DNA of 32,000 bases from Snodgrassella communis (GCF_914768045.1 NZ_CAJZCD010000004.1:95918-127917), one strand, 5' to 3'; shown: positions 8,712 to 20,445, counted from the first letter of the stretch. Program-made: numbers and translations. The notes: a model not told the origin generated them from the letters alone.

Positions 8712-10107
8712 AAAGCCGCAATAGTGCTGTCAAACACGGATGGCGGCAGACAAATGGCAGGGTTGACAGACCGACAAAGAGAACCGGTAGGCGTAAAGCC
8801 TCCCTGCCATTGTCCACCATAAGTCAGGTGAAGCAATGAACATTTACAGACAAAAAAGCTATTCCATAAGTGAATAGCAGCGTGTCTGCCTCTTTAATCA
8901 GCCTGTCAAAGCTGGCTGTGCTATTGAACACAACGGCTTTATCTTGCCGTTAAAGCTTAATACTGTCAATTATTGCTGCATACCAGATGTTTCGGTTGTT
9001 TGCTGTGTATTTTCATTCTAAGTAAAAGCTTTCTGCCTGCTGATTTTATTGTGCTTGTTTTATTGCTGAAAATTGATTTCAAGTTAATTTTTATTTGTAT
9101 GGCATGTTGGATCTGTTACCGATCTGGCAACAGGCTGTAACAGCAAACCGTCACTTTTCGGCTTAGTGATTTTTGTCTTCATCATAAGGTGTACTGAAAA
9201 TTGTCAGTGGGTTTAGCTGGATAAACCGGCTGGCTGTTAATCATGGCAATAGAAGTGAATAAAGCAATGCACGCAAGATGCCGCATAATTCAGACAGAAT
9301 ATATAACTTATTTTAATTTAGTGATTTCGCTTATCCTGTATGGATGATGGTGAGCTATTTTACACTAATAGCATTATTTTAATAGGCACTCAGAATAAAT
9401 CAATTTAATAAATAAAGTAGCCGTTTAAATTATTAAAATTAATATCAATCAATTACCAAAATAGATTATGATTATTTTTTCATTAAAAAATCGGGCTGAT
9501 GCTAGTGGCCTAATACTTAAATTTCTGTTCAGTGGTTACATTTATAACCGATAGCCATTTCAAGCTGCTCCGGTGGTGGTATTGTCAGAGCTTCTTCAAT
9601 CAAAACCTATTGCCAGCCGTCTATTTATGTCTGAGTGATAAGCGCATTACCTATAACATTGAAAAAACCGCTGTTGCTGTAATCCAGAAATATCAGATTG
9701 CATGTAAGCTTTCTCCCCAAATATAGCCTGAAACCCATTGTCATCCATTAGATGATTGCAATAGCATATAAACAGAATTCTTGAACAGACTAGTTTTTTG
9801 GGTAAAGAACTTAAATCACTTCATTAAATTTAAGCATGTCCATTATTAAAGCATTTGTATTAAATATGCTTATATTATATTGACACCGCCTGAAACACAC
9901 TAATCCGGCAGTTTAAGAGTTGATTTTCGACATGGCCGGATGCAGTCAACCAGTAATCCCCGTCTGGATTTAAAAGCCAGCGTTATCGAAACTGCTTTGC
10001 AATCAAAACCAGTTATTGAGCTGTTTGTTTAAAATAGGAGCAATAGAGAAAGCATCAGACAGAATCCAACGCTTCCTCTACTGCTGTATTCTGATCATTC
10101 AGCGTAA

Positions 10108-10413
10108 TTAGTCGTTCTGTTTGTGGGTATTGGTTAACAGCGTATACACAGCGATACTGTGTACCACACCGGCGGAATCATATTCATGCCGCCGCGTCGT
10201 CTCAATCACATAGCCCTGATTGCGTAATTCATTGATACGTGGTGCCGGACTGCAAATACCTAATGCGCGCAGCTCCAGAGTACTATGCGGATGTTCACGC
10301 AAACGTTGCAGGATAAAACTGCGCTGAGTGGCGTAACTGGTGCCTGGCAGTGGCTGAGCGGTAGCATCACTGTATTTTTGGGCTGAAATAGCAGCAGTAG
10401 GGATATTATTCAT
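10108..10413 (-). CDS. Winged-helix / HTH DNA-binding protein of phage- or island-associated type
   Basis: 101 aa. The segment SFILQRLREHPHSTLELRALGICSPAPRINELRNQGYVIETT looks like the small wHTH proteins found in prophages and islands. I recall a Pfam HTH_39-like pattern but could not verify it. Confidence 0.55.
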   Translation of the reverse strand: MNNIPTAAISAQKYSDATAQPLPGTSYATQRSFILQRLREHPHSTLELRALGICSPAPRINELRNQGYVIETTRRHEYDSAGVVHSIAVYTLLTNTHKQND

Positions 10414-10640
10414 TATCTGCCCTCCGCATTTATTGACAGCTTGTTCGGTGATATCAGATGAGAATGCAGCCGGTAATATTGATTTGCCAGCCAGGCTTGG
10501 CTGGATACTGGTAACAGGCTGAGCTTGAGAAAATATGTTTTATCAAGCTTATGATTTAAGATAGTTTTGACCCATGCGCTATTCCTACCTGATGCCTTGA
10601 TTGTGAAAATTATAGTTGCTTTTACTGGTTGAGTTTTCAT
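10413..10640 (-). CDS. Hypothetical 75-aa protein
   Basis: The ORF's stop overlaps the start of the wHTH gene by 1 nt (TAATG at 10411-10415). No motif recognised. Confidence 0.3.
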   Translation of the reverse strand: MKTQPVKATIIFTIKASGRNSAWVKTILNHKLDKTYFLKLSLLPVSSQAWLANQYYRLHSHLISPNKLSINAEGR

Positions 10641-10753
10641 GCTGTTTGCCTCTATTGTGGCTGTTGAACATAGGCAAAAGATTAATTAACACGAGCAATT
10701 AGTTAAATGAACCAGCATGCTGATTTCCTGAAATAGCGTGTTGATTTCCAGAA

Positions 10754-11074
10754 TCAGCTTGATGATTTCCCTATTTCCTGCTCAAAATCTTTTATCCAGT
10801 TTCTAATTGTTTTGTCGGTTAAATTGGCATCTTTGGGCATAGGTAAAATATTTGTCAGCGCTTTTTCGTGCATATCATCTATAAATTTTTGCTTTGCTCC
10901 TCGCTGTGTAAAACTATCTTTTGCCTGTAACCAATACACTTTCATTGCTTCTTTGGTACCGACTTTTTCGTATGGGCTTTTTTTGGCTTTACTAGCTTTG
11001 CTGGCTCTTCTTGTGAGTGTATTAGCAACTTCTTTTTTCTCATTTTCTAATTCAATAGCTAAAGTATGAGTCAA
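10754..11074 (-). CDS. Hypothetical lysine-rich 106-aa protein
   Basis: AT-rich ORF in the island. Charged N-terminal half. The C-terminal TDKTIRNWIKDFEQ resembles an HTH recognition helix. No family assignment possible. Confidence 0.45.
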   Translation of the reverse strand: MTHTLAIELENEKKEVANTLTRRASKASKAKKSPYEKVGTKEAMKVYWLQAKDSFTQRGAKQKFIDDMHEKALTNILPMPKDANLTDKTIRNWIKDFEQEIGKSSS

Positions 11075-11142
11075 TACCTAAACTTGATACAATTAAAAGG
11101 TAACCTTATCAGTTACCTTTTAATTGTGTTAACTTGTTAATA

Positions 11143-11349
11143 TTACTTTTTATTTGGATGAGGATCTTTTACTGCATCACCTTGTCCAGACATAATATAC
11201 CAACCATTTTTGCTATGCGGTTTTTTATTATAATCAGGGCAAGGAGGTAACGATTTTTTGCTTTGGTTTGAATATGTATAACCACAATCAGCACACTTAT
11301 AAGTACCAGCCGAAACATCACTACCATATGGAGCAAATTTTTGTACCAT
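11143..11349 (-). CDS. Zinc-ribbon small protein (68 aa)
   Basis: CADCGYTY...PPCPDY gives a CxxC-x15-CP pattern. AAGGAAA RBS 7 nt upstream of the ATG. Confidence 0.55.
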   Translation of the reverse strand: MVQKFAPYGSDVSAGTYKCADCGYTYSNQSKKSLPPCPDYNKKPHSKNGWYIMSGQGDAVKDPHPNKK

Positions 11350-11375
11350 GATAAGTTTCCTTCTAGTAAAATTGG

Positions 11376-11397
11376 TGATAAGCCCAATTGCTTATCA
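11376..11397. promoter_or_regulatory. Perfect 8+8 palindrome (TGATAAGC-n6-GCTTATCA), candidate operator
   Basis: tgataagc at 11376-11383 and gcttatca at 11390-11397. It lies 27-48 nt upstream of the zinc-ribbon gene start, next to TATATA-like -10 candidates on the minus strand. Confidence 0.45.
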
Positions 11398-11502
11398 ATG
11401 TATATATAAGCGCTGATTTTAAAAAAAAGCAAGTATAATTTTTCAACAAAAAATAAGTAAAATACTTTTTTAAATGACACAGAAAATAGTCAGAGAGAAG
11501 CA

Positions 11503-12036
<534 letters not shown>

Positions 12037-12316
12037 TTTTTTATTCCTTAATTGCATCAAACTGACAGGTAATTAAAAAATATTTTATTCCAGATATAAA
12101 TTAAAAATTTATTTTAAATTTCACAATATTTGTTTTACAGATTCCAGAATAACTGTGTAGGTAGAGTATTGTAGTTTGATTTTGGGAAATATTTGATGGT
12201 TATTTCATTGCATCAGCAACTTTTATAAATTTAATTTCATTAAAATGGAAAAATTCTTTTTATATTCGAAATTTTAGATTTCATGCGATTATCTGATTTT
12301 TTTATACTTTTAACAG

Positions 12317-12345
12317 ACAAAAAAATAACCGCATTCAGCGGTTAT
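12317..12345 (-). terminator. Rho-independent terminator of tRNA-Phe
   Basis: ataaccgc (12325-12332) pairs with gcggttat (12338-12345) around a 5-nt loop. The plus-strand A run before it gives a T tract on the minus strand immediately after the hairpin. It lies 3 nt 3' of the tRNA CCA. Confidence 0.8.
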
Positions 12346-12348
12346 TAA

Positions 12349-12424
<76 letters not shown>

Positions 12425-12441
12425 ATCGGGGAAGAGTGCGC

Positions 12442-12470
12442 ATTAAACCAGATATAAGCGTACTTGGCAA
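12442..12470 (-). promoter_or_regulatory. Candidate sigma70 promoter of tRNA-Phe
   Basis: The minus strand reads TTGCCA (12470-12465), a 17-nt spacer, then TTTAAT (12447-12442), followed by a GC-rich discriminator (GCGCAC) typical of stable-RNA promoters. It lies about 18 nt upstream of the mature 5' end. Confidence 0.45.
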
Positions 12471-12669
12471 GTGTTTTATATGTGCGATTGTATATGTGGC
12501 TGTTTCTTTAACAGAAAAATCTAATTTTGCTAGCTGTGCATATAGGCTGTTCTGGCCTGTTTCTGGTTAATTATTATCGTGTACAGATTCTGACCTGACT
12601 TTTTGCTAAATGTGGACGATTAAACAAAGCTGTATTAAGGTAGGGACTTTTATTATAAAGGCGAAGAGG

Positions 12670-13254
12670 ATGCAGGGCGAACAAAAGCCACTATGGGCAG
12701 ACGGCTGGTTGCAGCAGTGTACGCATATGCCGTCACCGAATTTCAGCCAGCGCCCGCAGCCGGCTGAGGTATCGCTGGTGGTATTACATAATATTTCCCT
12801 GCCACCGTTTGAATATGGACAACAGGCTGTGCAGCGTCTGTTTACTAATCAGATTAAGCCGGATGAGCCGGATGATTTTATGCGTTCGCTTATCAATTTG
12901 CGAGTATCAAGCCATTTCCTGCTTGAGCGCAGCGGGGCATTAACCCAGTTTGTTTCCTGTGATGATGCGGCTTTTCAGGCGGGAGTGTCGCGTTTTGACG
13001 GACGTGAAGGCTGTAACGCATTTTCAATTGGGATTGAGCTGGAAGGCTGTGATTTTGAGCCGTTTACAGAATCTCAGTATATGCAGTTAAATGAATTATT
13101 GCAGGTACTGTGTAGGCACTACCCGATTCAGGCTATCACTGGGCATCAGCATATAGCACCGGGGCGAAAGTCCGATCCGGGGCATTTTTTTCAATGGCAC
13201 CGGTTGCGTGCATGGGGTTTGCCGGTGATAACGCAATATCAGTGGCCGCTATAG
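12670..13254 (+). CDS. ampD: 1,6-anhydro-N-acetylmuramyl-L-alanine amidase AmpD
   Basis: Collinear with E. coli AmpD: WL...PSPNFSQRP, VLHNISLPP, GCNAFSIGIELEG, TGHQHIAPGRKSDPG. The His/His/Asp zinc ligands are conserved. Start chosen at MQGEQK (12670); the track ORF begins upstream at 12610. Confidence 0.9.
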   Translation: MQGEQKPLWADGWLQQCTHMPSPNFSQRPQPAEVSLVVLHNISLPPFEYGQQAVQRLFTNQIKPDEPDDFMRSLINLRVSSHFLLERSGALTQFVSCDDAAFQAGVSRFDGREGCNAFSIGIELEGCDFEPFTESQYMQLNELLQVLCRHYPIQAITGHQHIAPGRKSDPGHFFQWHRLRAWGLPVITQYQWPL

Positions 13255-13345
13255 TTTAAGGCTGCCGGCGGGGGTATTTTTGGTTATAATTCTGTTTAAC
13301 TGTTAATTAACCTGCGGCTTCCGCAAATTGCCTAGTAGGAATGTA

Positions 13346-14620
13346 ATGAGTGATTCTGTATTGATTGTGTTGGTAGTGGGTGCGGCGTTCATTCTGGCAG
13401 TGCTGATCTACAATATTTATCAGGAAAGCCAATACCGCAAACAATTGCGTGATCAGTTTGGACATGCCAATAAGGATGCCTTACTGGACAGTCAGGTGAG
13501 CTCGGTACGTGATGGCACTCAGGTGCAGTCTGTGCCAAATGGCAATACGATGCCGCCAGTAAATGAGGCAGATACTGCTGCTGATGCATCTGAAGCGCAG
13601 CCTGAACCTGTGGCTACTGATAAGCAAACTGTGCCAGAGGCCAGTGATAGCTGCATACAGGATGATGCCGTTACTGCTGCGCAACCGGTAGCCGTGGCCG
13701 ATGAGAAAGAGGCAAGCTCAGAAAATCCGGCCGTACGCAGCGATATGGAACCATTATCACGGACTATGCCGATAAAAGGCCGTAAAACCTTACTGGATGT
13801 GCGCGATATGTCTAAACAGCCGCTGCCATGGTTTGATATGCGTTTTGACTATCTGGCCTATATTGCCTTGTACGAACCCAAAGAGTTGCACGCCATGCCG
13901 CGTTTGAGCAGCCGTTCACGTTTTCGGCTGGTGGGCTGTACCATGGATGACCGTTATCAGGTGGCTGAACCGATTCCCAGTGTTTATTATCAGGGTTTTG
14001 TGGTTGGTTTGCAGGCCATTAGCCGCAGTGGTTTGCTCACGCATGAAGAGCTGGCACATTTTGGTGAACAGGCTAATCGTTTTGCTGAGCAAATGGATGG
14101 CCAATTACTGTTAACGGATATTAATACTTTCCTGAATGTGGCGCGGCCGTTGGATGAGCTGTGTGCACGGGTTGATCAGACAATTGCTATTCATCTGGTG
14201 TCACGCACGAATGTAAGTGGTATGGAGTTGCGTACAGCGGTTGAGAAACTGGGTTTTGAACTGGGGCATGATGGGGCATTCTATTATGCCGATAGTAATG
14301 GTGAACCTTTGTTCAATATTGTAACGCTGGATAACTCACCGTTTACGGCAACATTGTTAGCAAATCAAAATTATCGTGGATTCAGTATGTTATTTGATAT
14401 AGTACACATACCGAACGGCGAAAAATGTTTTGATCAGTTTATGGATATGGCGGTTAAGCTTTCCAGCCAGCTGAGCTTGGATCTGGTCAATGATAAAGTT
14501 GAAGAGCTGTCTACGGAATGGCTGCGTGAAGTACGCCGCTATGTAGTGGAACGGCAGAAGGAAATGAAGCAGGTTGAGTTGAAGCCCGGAAGTGAGCTGA
14601 CGAAAAGGCTGTTTTCCTGA
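13346..14620 (+). CDS. zipA: Cell division protein ZipA
   Basis: N-terminal TM helix (VLIVLVVGAAFILAVLIY), a charged region, a P/A/Q/E-rich linker and a conserved C-terminal domain. It lies immediately upstream of ligA (classic zipA-ligA synteny). ATG 13346 is preceded by AGGA. Confidence 0.85.
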   Translation: MSDSVLIVLVVGAAFILAVLIYNIYQESQYRKQLRDQFGHANKDALLDSQVSSVRDGTQVQSVPNGNTMPPVNEADTAADASEAQPEPVATDKQTVPEASDSCIQDDAVTAAQPVAVADEKEASSENPAVRSDMEPLSRTMPIKGRKTLLDVRDMSKQPLPWFDMRFDYLAYIALYEPKELHAMPRLSSRSRFRLVGCTMDDRYQVAEPIPSVYYQGFVVGLQAISRSGLLTHEELAHFGEQANRFAEQMDGQLLLTDINTFLNVARPLDELCARVDQTIAIHLVSRTNVSGMELRTAVEKLGFELGHDGAFYYADSNGEPLFNIVTLDNSPFTATLLANQNYRGFSMLFDIVHIPNGEKCFDQFMDMAVKLSSQLSLDLVNDKVEELSTEWLREVRRYVVERQKEMKQVELKPGSELTKRLFS

Positions 14621-14650
14621 TATTGCCTGTATTGTTAATTTTGTGATGAG

Positions 14651-14686
14651 ATGGCAAGCCGCAGAATGGGGGTTGCCATTTTCTTT
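14651..14686 (+). terminator. Hairpin plus T tract between zipA and ligA (partial terminator or attenuator)
   Basis: atggcaa (14651-14657) pairs with ttgccat (14673-14679), followed by tttctttat. Confidence 0.45.
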
Positions 14687-14690
14687 ATAG

Positions 14691-17132
<2,442 letters not shown>

Positions 17133-17138
17133 AAGCAG

Positions 17139-18011
17139 ATGAAAACAGAACCAATCCGTAAATGTGTGTTTCCGGTAGCAGGTATGGGAACACGCTTTTT
17201 ACCGGCTACCAAAGCCAGCCCGAAAGAAATGCTGCCGATAGTGGATAAACCACTGATTCAGTATGCAGTGGAAGAAGCCGTTGCTGCCGGCTGTACCGAG
17301 CTGGTATTCATTACCGGCCGTAACAAACGCTGTATAGAAGATCATTTTGATAAGGCATATGAGCTGGAAACCGAGCTGGCTTATCGCAATCAGAATAAAT
17401 TACTCGATTTTGTGCAGGATATCCTGCCACCTAATGTCACCTGTCTGTATATTCGCCAGCCGGCTGCGCTGGGACTGGGACATGCGGTGTTGTGCAGCCG
17501 TGCTGCTGTGGGCAAAGAAAACTTTGCCGTAGTGCTCGCCGATGACTTGATTGATGCCCAGTCCGGCGCATTAAGCCAGATGATGGATGCTTATCACCGT
17601 ACTGGTTGTAATGTGCTTGGTGTGGAAAATGTCGATCCCCAACAGACTGGAGCTTACGGTATTGTAGAAACCGCCCGCGAAGATAGCTTTGATTATGTCA
17701 AAAGTATTGTGGAAAAACCGCATCCAGACGAAGCACCTTCGCATCTGGGGGTAGTGGGACGCTATATTTTATCTGCCCGCATTTTTGATTTTCTCACTAA
17801 TTTACCGCGCGGGGCGGGCGGAGAAATCCAGTTAACCGATGCGATTGCCCGCTTGCTCACCGAGCAGAAAATGATTGCTTATGCTTTTGCTGGCAGACGC
17901 TATGATTGTGGCGATAAGCTTGGCTATCTGGAAGCAACAGTAGCGTATGGAATGAAGCATCCTCTGGTGGGTGAAGAGTTTAAAAAACTGCTACAGCGCA
18001 TGGTGTGTTAA
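17139..18011 (+). CDS. galU: UTP--glucose-1-phosphate uridylyltransferase
   Basis: [28 protein letters not shown] signature and VEKP motif. 290 aa. It starts 6 nt after the ligA stop. Confidence 0.93.
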   Translation: MKTEPIRKCVFPVAGMGTRFLPATKASPKEMLPIVDKPLIQYAVEEAVAAGCTELVFITGRNKRCIEDHFDKAYELETELAYRNQNKLLDFVQDILPPNVTCLYIRQPAALGLGHAVLCSRAAVGKENFAVVLADDLIDAQSGALSQMMDAYHRTGCNVLGVENVDPQQTGAYGIVETAREDSFDYVKSIVEKPHPDEAPSHLGVVGRYILSARIFDFLTNLPRGAGGEIQLTDAIARLLTEQKMIAYAFAGRRYDCGDKLGYLEATVAYGMKHPLVGEEFKKLLQRMVC

Positions 18012-18017
18012 TCGAAT

Positions 18018-18056
18018 GACTGCCTGCTTACCGTTTTGCCGGCAGTCTGATTTTTT
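18018..18056 (+). terminator. Rho-independent terminator of galU
   Basis: gactgcctgc and gccggcagtc form a stem with one mismatch, followed by tgatttttt. Confidence 0.75.
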
Positions 18057-18160
18057 GTGGTTATGATTTTGAGGTAAGTTATCAAGAATAATCGTTTCCG
18101 ATAAATTACCTCATATTCAAATTTAAGCAGTTATGCTGTCTTTAAATTACGTAATGACCA

Positions 18161-19774
18161 CTATCTTTCTTTTATCTGCTCCCAGCTTAAATCAAACTTG
18201 GCCAGATATTTTTTCAGCCTGTCGGCATCATTGGCGCGTTGTTTCTGTGCCCGCGATACAGCAAACAGATAACGGCCGGCCTCGGATAGCGTTCGGCTTT
18301 TACGGCATACTTCAATTACCTTTTCCAACTGATAGCGGTCGAATTCATCAATTGCAGCCGGAATCAGTGTATGAGAGGGCGTAGCCTGCTGCCAGTGTTG
18401 CTGTAGGCGCTGAATTTCATCTTCAACCTGTGTCAAAGTGATATTACCTTGCGTGGCCAGTGTAGCCATGCGGGTAATGGAAGCAGTGAGTTCGCGGAAA
18501 TTACCTGTCCATAGCGCGCTGGCCGAAGTAGCAAAGTTTACATAGCGGGTTCTGGATTGCTGATTAAAGCGTGGCATGGTGCCATATTCCTGTGCATAGC
18601 GCGCCAGCTCAAAATCAATATTCGGCTCAATATCCTCTTTGCGTTCTGCCAGCCCGGGTAATTGATAACTCCATAAATTAATCCGCGCGTATAAATCTTC
18701 CCTGAACGTACCACAGGCAATTGCCTGTTTTAAATCTTTATTAGTGCCGGCAATCAACTGAAAGCGGCTGGAGACCAGCTTATCCGAACCCAAAGGGTAA
18801 AAATGTTTTTCTTCGATAGCTTTTAACAAAATCGCCTGCTCATCCAGCCCCAGTTCACCGATTTCATCCAGAAACAAAAGGCCGTTATCAGCCTCTTTGA
18901 GTAACCCGCTTCTGGGCATAACTGCACCGGTATAAGCCCCTTTGCTATGACCAAACAAAGTTGACATGGCATTATCACCGCTCAGCGTAGCGCAGTTAAT
19001 TTCCACAAACTGGCCACTTATCTGATGCTTATTCAGCTTAAGCTGATAAATTTGCCGGGCAAGAAAGGATTTACCGGCGCCGGTAGGGCCACATAGCAGG
19101 ATGGGCGCATGGGAGCGGCTGGCTACCTGCTCTATTTCAGTAATCAATTGGTTATAGTGCTGGTTTCTGGTAGCAATGCCGGATTTAAGTAATTCAGTGG
19201 CTTGGCTGGCGTATTGCTGAAAGCGAGTCAGAATCTGGTCGTAACGATTCAGATTCAGGTCAATGATATTGATTTGTCCGCGGCAGCATAACTGTTGATG
19301 CGCTGCCGGCTCAGCTAACGCCATTTCATGCCGTGCTGCTCCTTTGGTCGGCGATAATTGCAGCAGTCTGGCCGGATAAAAGCGTGATTCTGCCAGCAGA
19401 AACCAGCAAATCTGCATAACGTGCGTGCCGGTAGTAATATTTAAATAATAATTTTCCTGTTCGTAATCAAATTGATAGCTTTTAGCTAAATCCAGTAAAC
19501 AGGTATACACCTCCTCAAAATCCCACGGGTCATGTATATGCACTGCTACCGGATTAACCTGTGTATCCGGGGCAATGGTTTTAATATCCTGAATAATTTC
19601 AGCCAGTAACTCATTATCATTGACCTGATAAAGCAGCTCAAAGCGGGATACCGGTAGTTCCGGATGATTACAGACATCAACTGTTGGCCGCCAGCGCCCC
19701 CAGCGTTTTCTGCCTTTACCGCGCTGGTCAAGCACATTACCTAAAAAGCCGAATACAACGTTTTTCCTGTTCAT
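18161..19774 (-). CDS. rtcR: Sigma54-dependent transcriptional activator RtcR (CARF-AAA+-HTH)
   Basis: 537 aa. Walker A GPTGAGKS, a GAFTGA-type sigma54 contact loop (GHSKGAYTGA), and an N-terminal ~185-aa non-receiver domain as in E. coli RtcR (532 aa). It is divergent from an rtcB operon. Confidence 0.9.
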   Translation of the reverse strand: MNRKNVVFGFLGNVLDQRGKGRKRWGRWRPTVDVCNHPELPVSRFELLYQVNDNELLAEIIQDIKTIAPDTQVNPVAVHIHDPWDFEEVYTCLLDLAKSYQFDYEQENYYLNITTGTHVMQICWFLLAESRFYPARLLQLSPTKGAARHEMALAEPAAHQQLCCRGQINIIDLNLNRYDQILTRFQQYASQATELLKSGIATRNQHYNQLITEIEQVASRSHAPILLCGPTGAGKSFLARQIYQLKLNKHQISGQFVEINCATLSGDNAMSTLFGHSKGAYTGAVMPRSGLLKEADNGLLFLDEIGELGLDEQAILLKAIEEKHFYPLGSDKLVSSRFQLIAGTNKDLKQAIACGTFREDLYARINLWSYQLPGLAERKEDIEPNIDFELARYAQEYGTMPRFNQQSRTRYVNFATSASALWTGNFRELTASITRMATLATQGNITLTQVEDEIQRLQQHWQQATPSHTLIPAAIDEFDRYQLEKVIEVCRKSRTLSEAGRYLFAVSRAQKQRANDADRLKKYLAKFDLSWEQIKER

Positions 19775-19934
19775 AGGATTGTTTTACTGGTTTATAAATA
19801 TAAATAAAATTATATATAAATTTATAAAATCATGCTGGATTTAATCAATAAAGATCTGGCAAATAATTTAAAAGTATAATTATTTAATTAAGAAAATTAA
19901 TAGTTTATAAAAAATATCTAAAAAATTTACCTGT

Positions 19935-19950
19935 TGGTACAGTAATTGCA
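19935..19950 (+). promoter_or_regulatory. Sigma54 (-24/-12) promoter of the tRNA-like/SPFH/rtcB operon
   Basis: TGGTACAGTAATTGCA compared with the consensus TGGCACG-n4-TTGCW. The GG and GC dinucleotides have the correct spacing. It lies 160 bp from the rtcR start and faces away from it. Confidence 0.8.
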
Positions 19951-20094
19951 ATAAAGCCTGTGTCTGCAATACATGCTGTCTGATATGGCAGTCAGGTGCA
20001 TAGCGAATGCTGCCGGATTCGCCGCAAGGCCAATTTATTTGCATTATCAACATGTATTCCTGAGTATGAAAGACACCTCCCTTTCACGGAGTAT

Positions 20095-20170
20095 TTTTGA
20101 ATAGCTCACTGGATAGAGCAATTGGCACCTAACCAATCTGTGACAGGTTCGATTCCTGTTTCAAAAACCA
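20095..20170 (+). ncRNA. tRNA-like RNA (complete 76-nt cloverleaf with encoded CCA, non-canonical A33) in the rtcB operon leader
   Basis: Acceptor TTTTGAA/TTCAAAA; T8 A9; D arm GCTC-ACTGGATA-GAGC; anticodon stem ATTGG/CCAAT with loop CACCTAA; variable loop CTGTG; T arm ACAGG-TTCGATT-CCTGT; discriminator A; CCA. It lies about 135 nt downstream of the predicted sigma54 start site and 275 nt upstream of the SPFH start. Confidence 0.8.
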
Positions 20171-20445
20171 CGTAGTAATACTTGTCGTATTAAGCAATAC
20201 CAGCCAGTAAATGGGAATAAGCAGAGTAGCAAAAGCTTAGGCACAGGAAAAACCGGTTAACCGAACAAACTCAACATCGTTGTTTTTGTCTGGGTAAAAA
20301 AACCGGATAGCAGGCAAAAAATTTATTAACCATAATCAGGCAGTAATCAGATTAAGGTTATCAATCTTTCCCCTGTTATTCCGTTACTTAATCCATTTGA
20401 TTGTGTTCATCCGATTTACTGGCTGCAATAGACTGGAGAATGAAT

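Noticed and set aside
742-9896. Recurring octamer CGCCTGAA/TTCAGGCG (about 742, 3516, 4877, 9889) and GCCTGAACAG hairpin arms, as a possible Neisseriaceae-type DNA uptake sequence dialect
   Set aside because: There are only about four copies in 32 kb, they have no consistent 12-mer context, and most are not paired in terminators. Real DUS are far denser. This would need a genome-wide count.
11169-11480. 103-aa minus-strand ORF overlapping the zinc-ribbon gene in another frame
   Set aside because: It is hydrophobic and low-complexity, and it runs through the promoter/palindrome region. The 68-aa zinc-ribbon frame has the RBS and a Cys motif, so it is preferred.
18133-18384. 83-aa plus-strand ORF overlapping the rtcR 3' end, and the 64-aa ORF 9532..9726
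   Set aside because: The first is antisense to rtcR. The second is isolated with no RBS or motif. Neither is supportable.
20095-20170. Calling the cloverleaf an ordinary tRNA-Arg(CCU) gene
   Set aside because: A at position 33, an acceptor stem of six A:U pairs, no resemblance to known bacterial tRNA-Arg(CCU), and its location inside a sigma54/RtcR-controlled mRNA leader all argue for a tRNA mimic. It remains formally possible and is listed as the refutation test.
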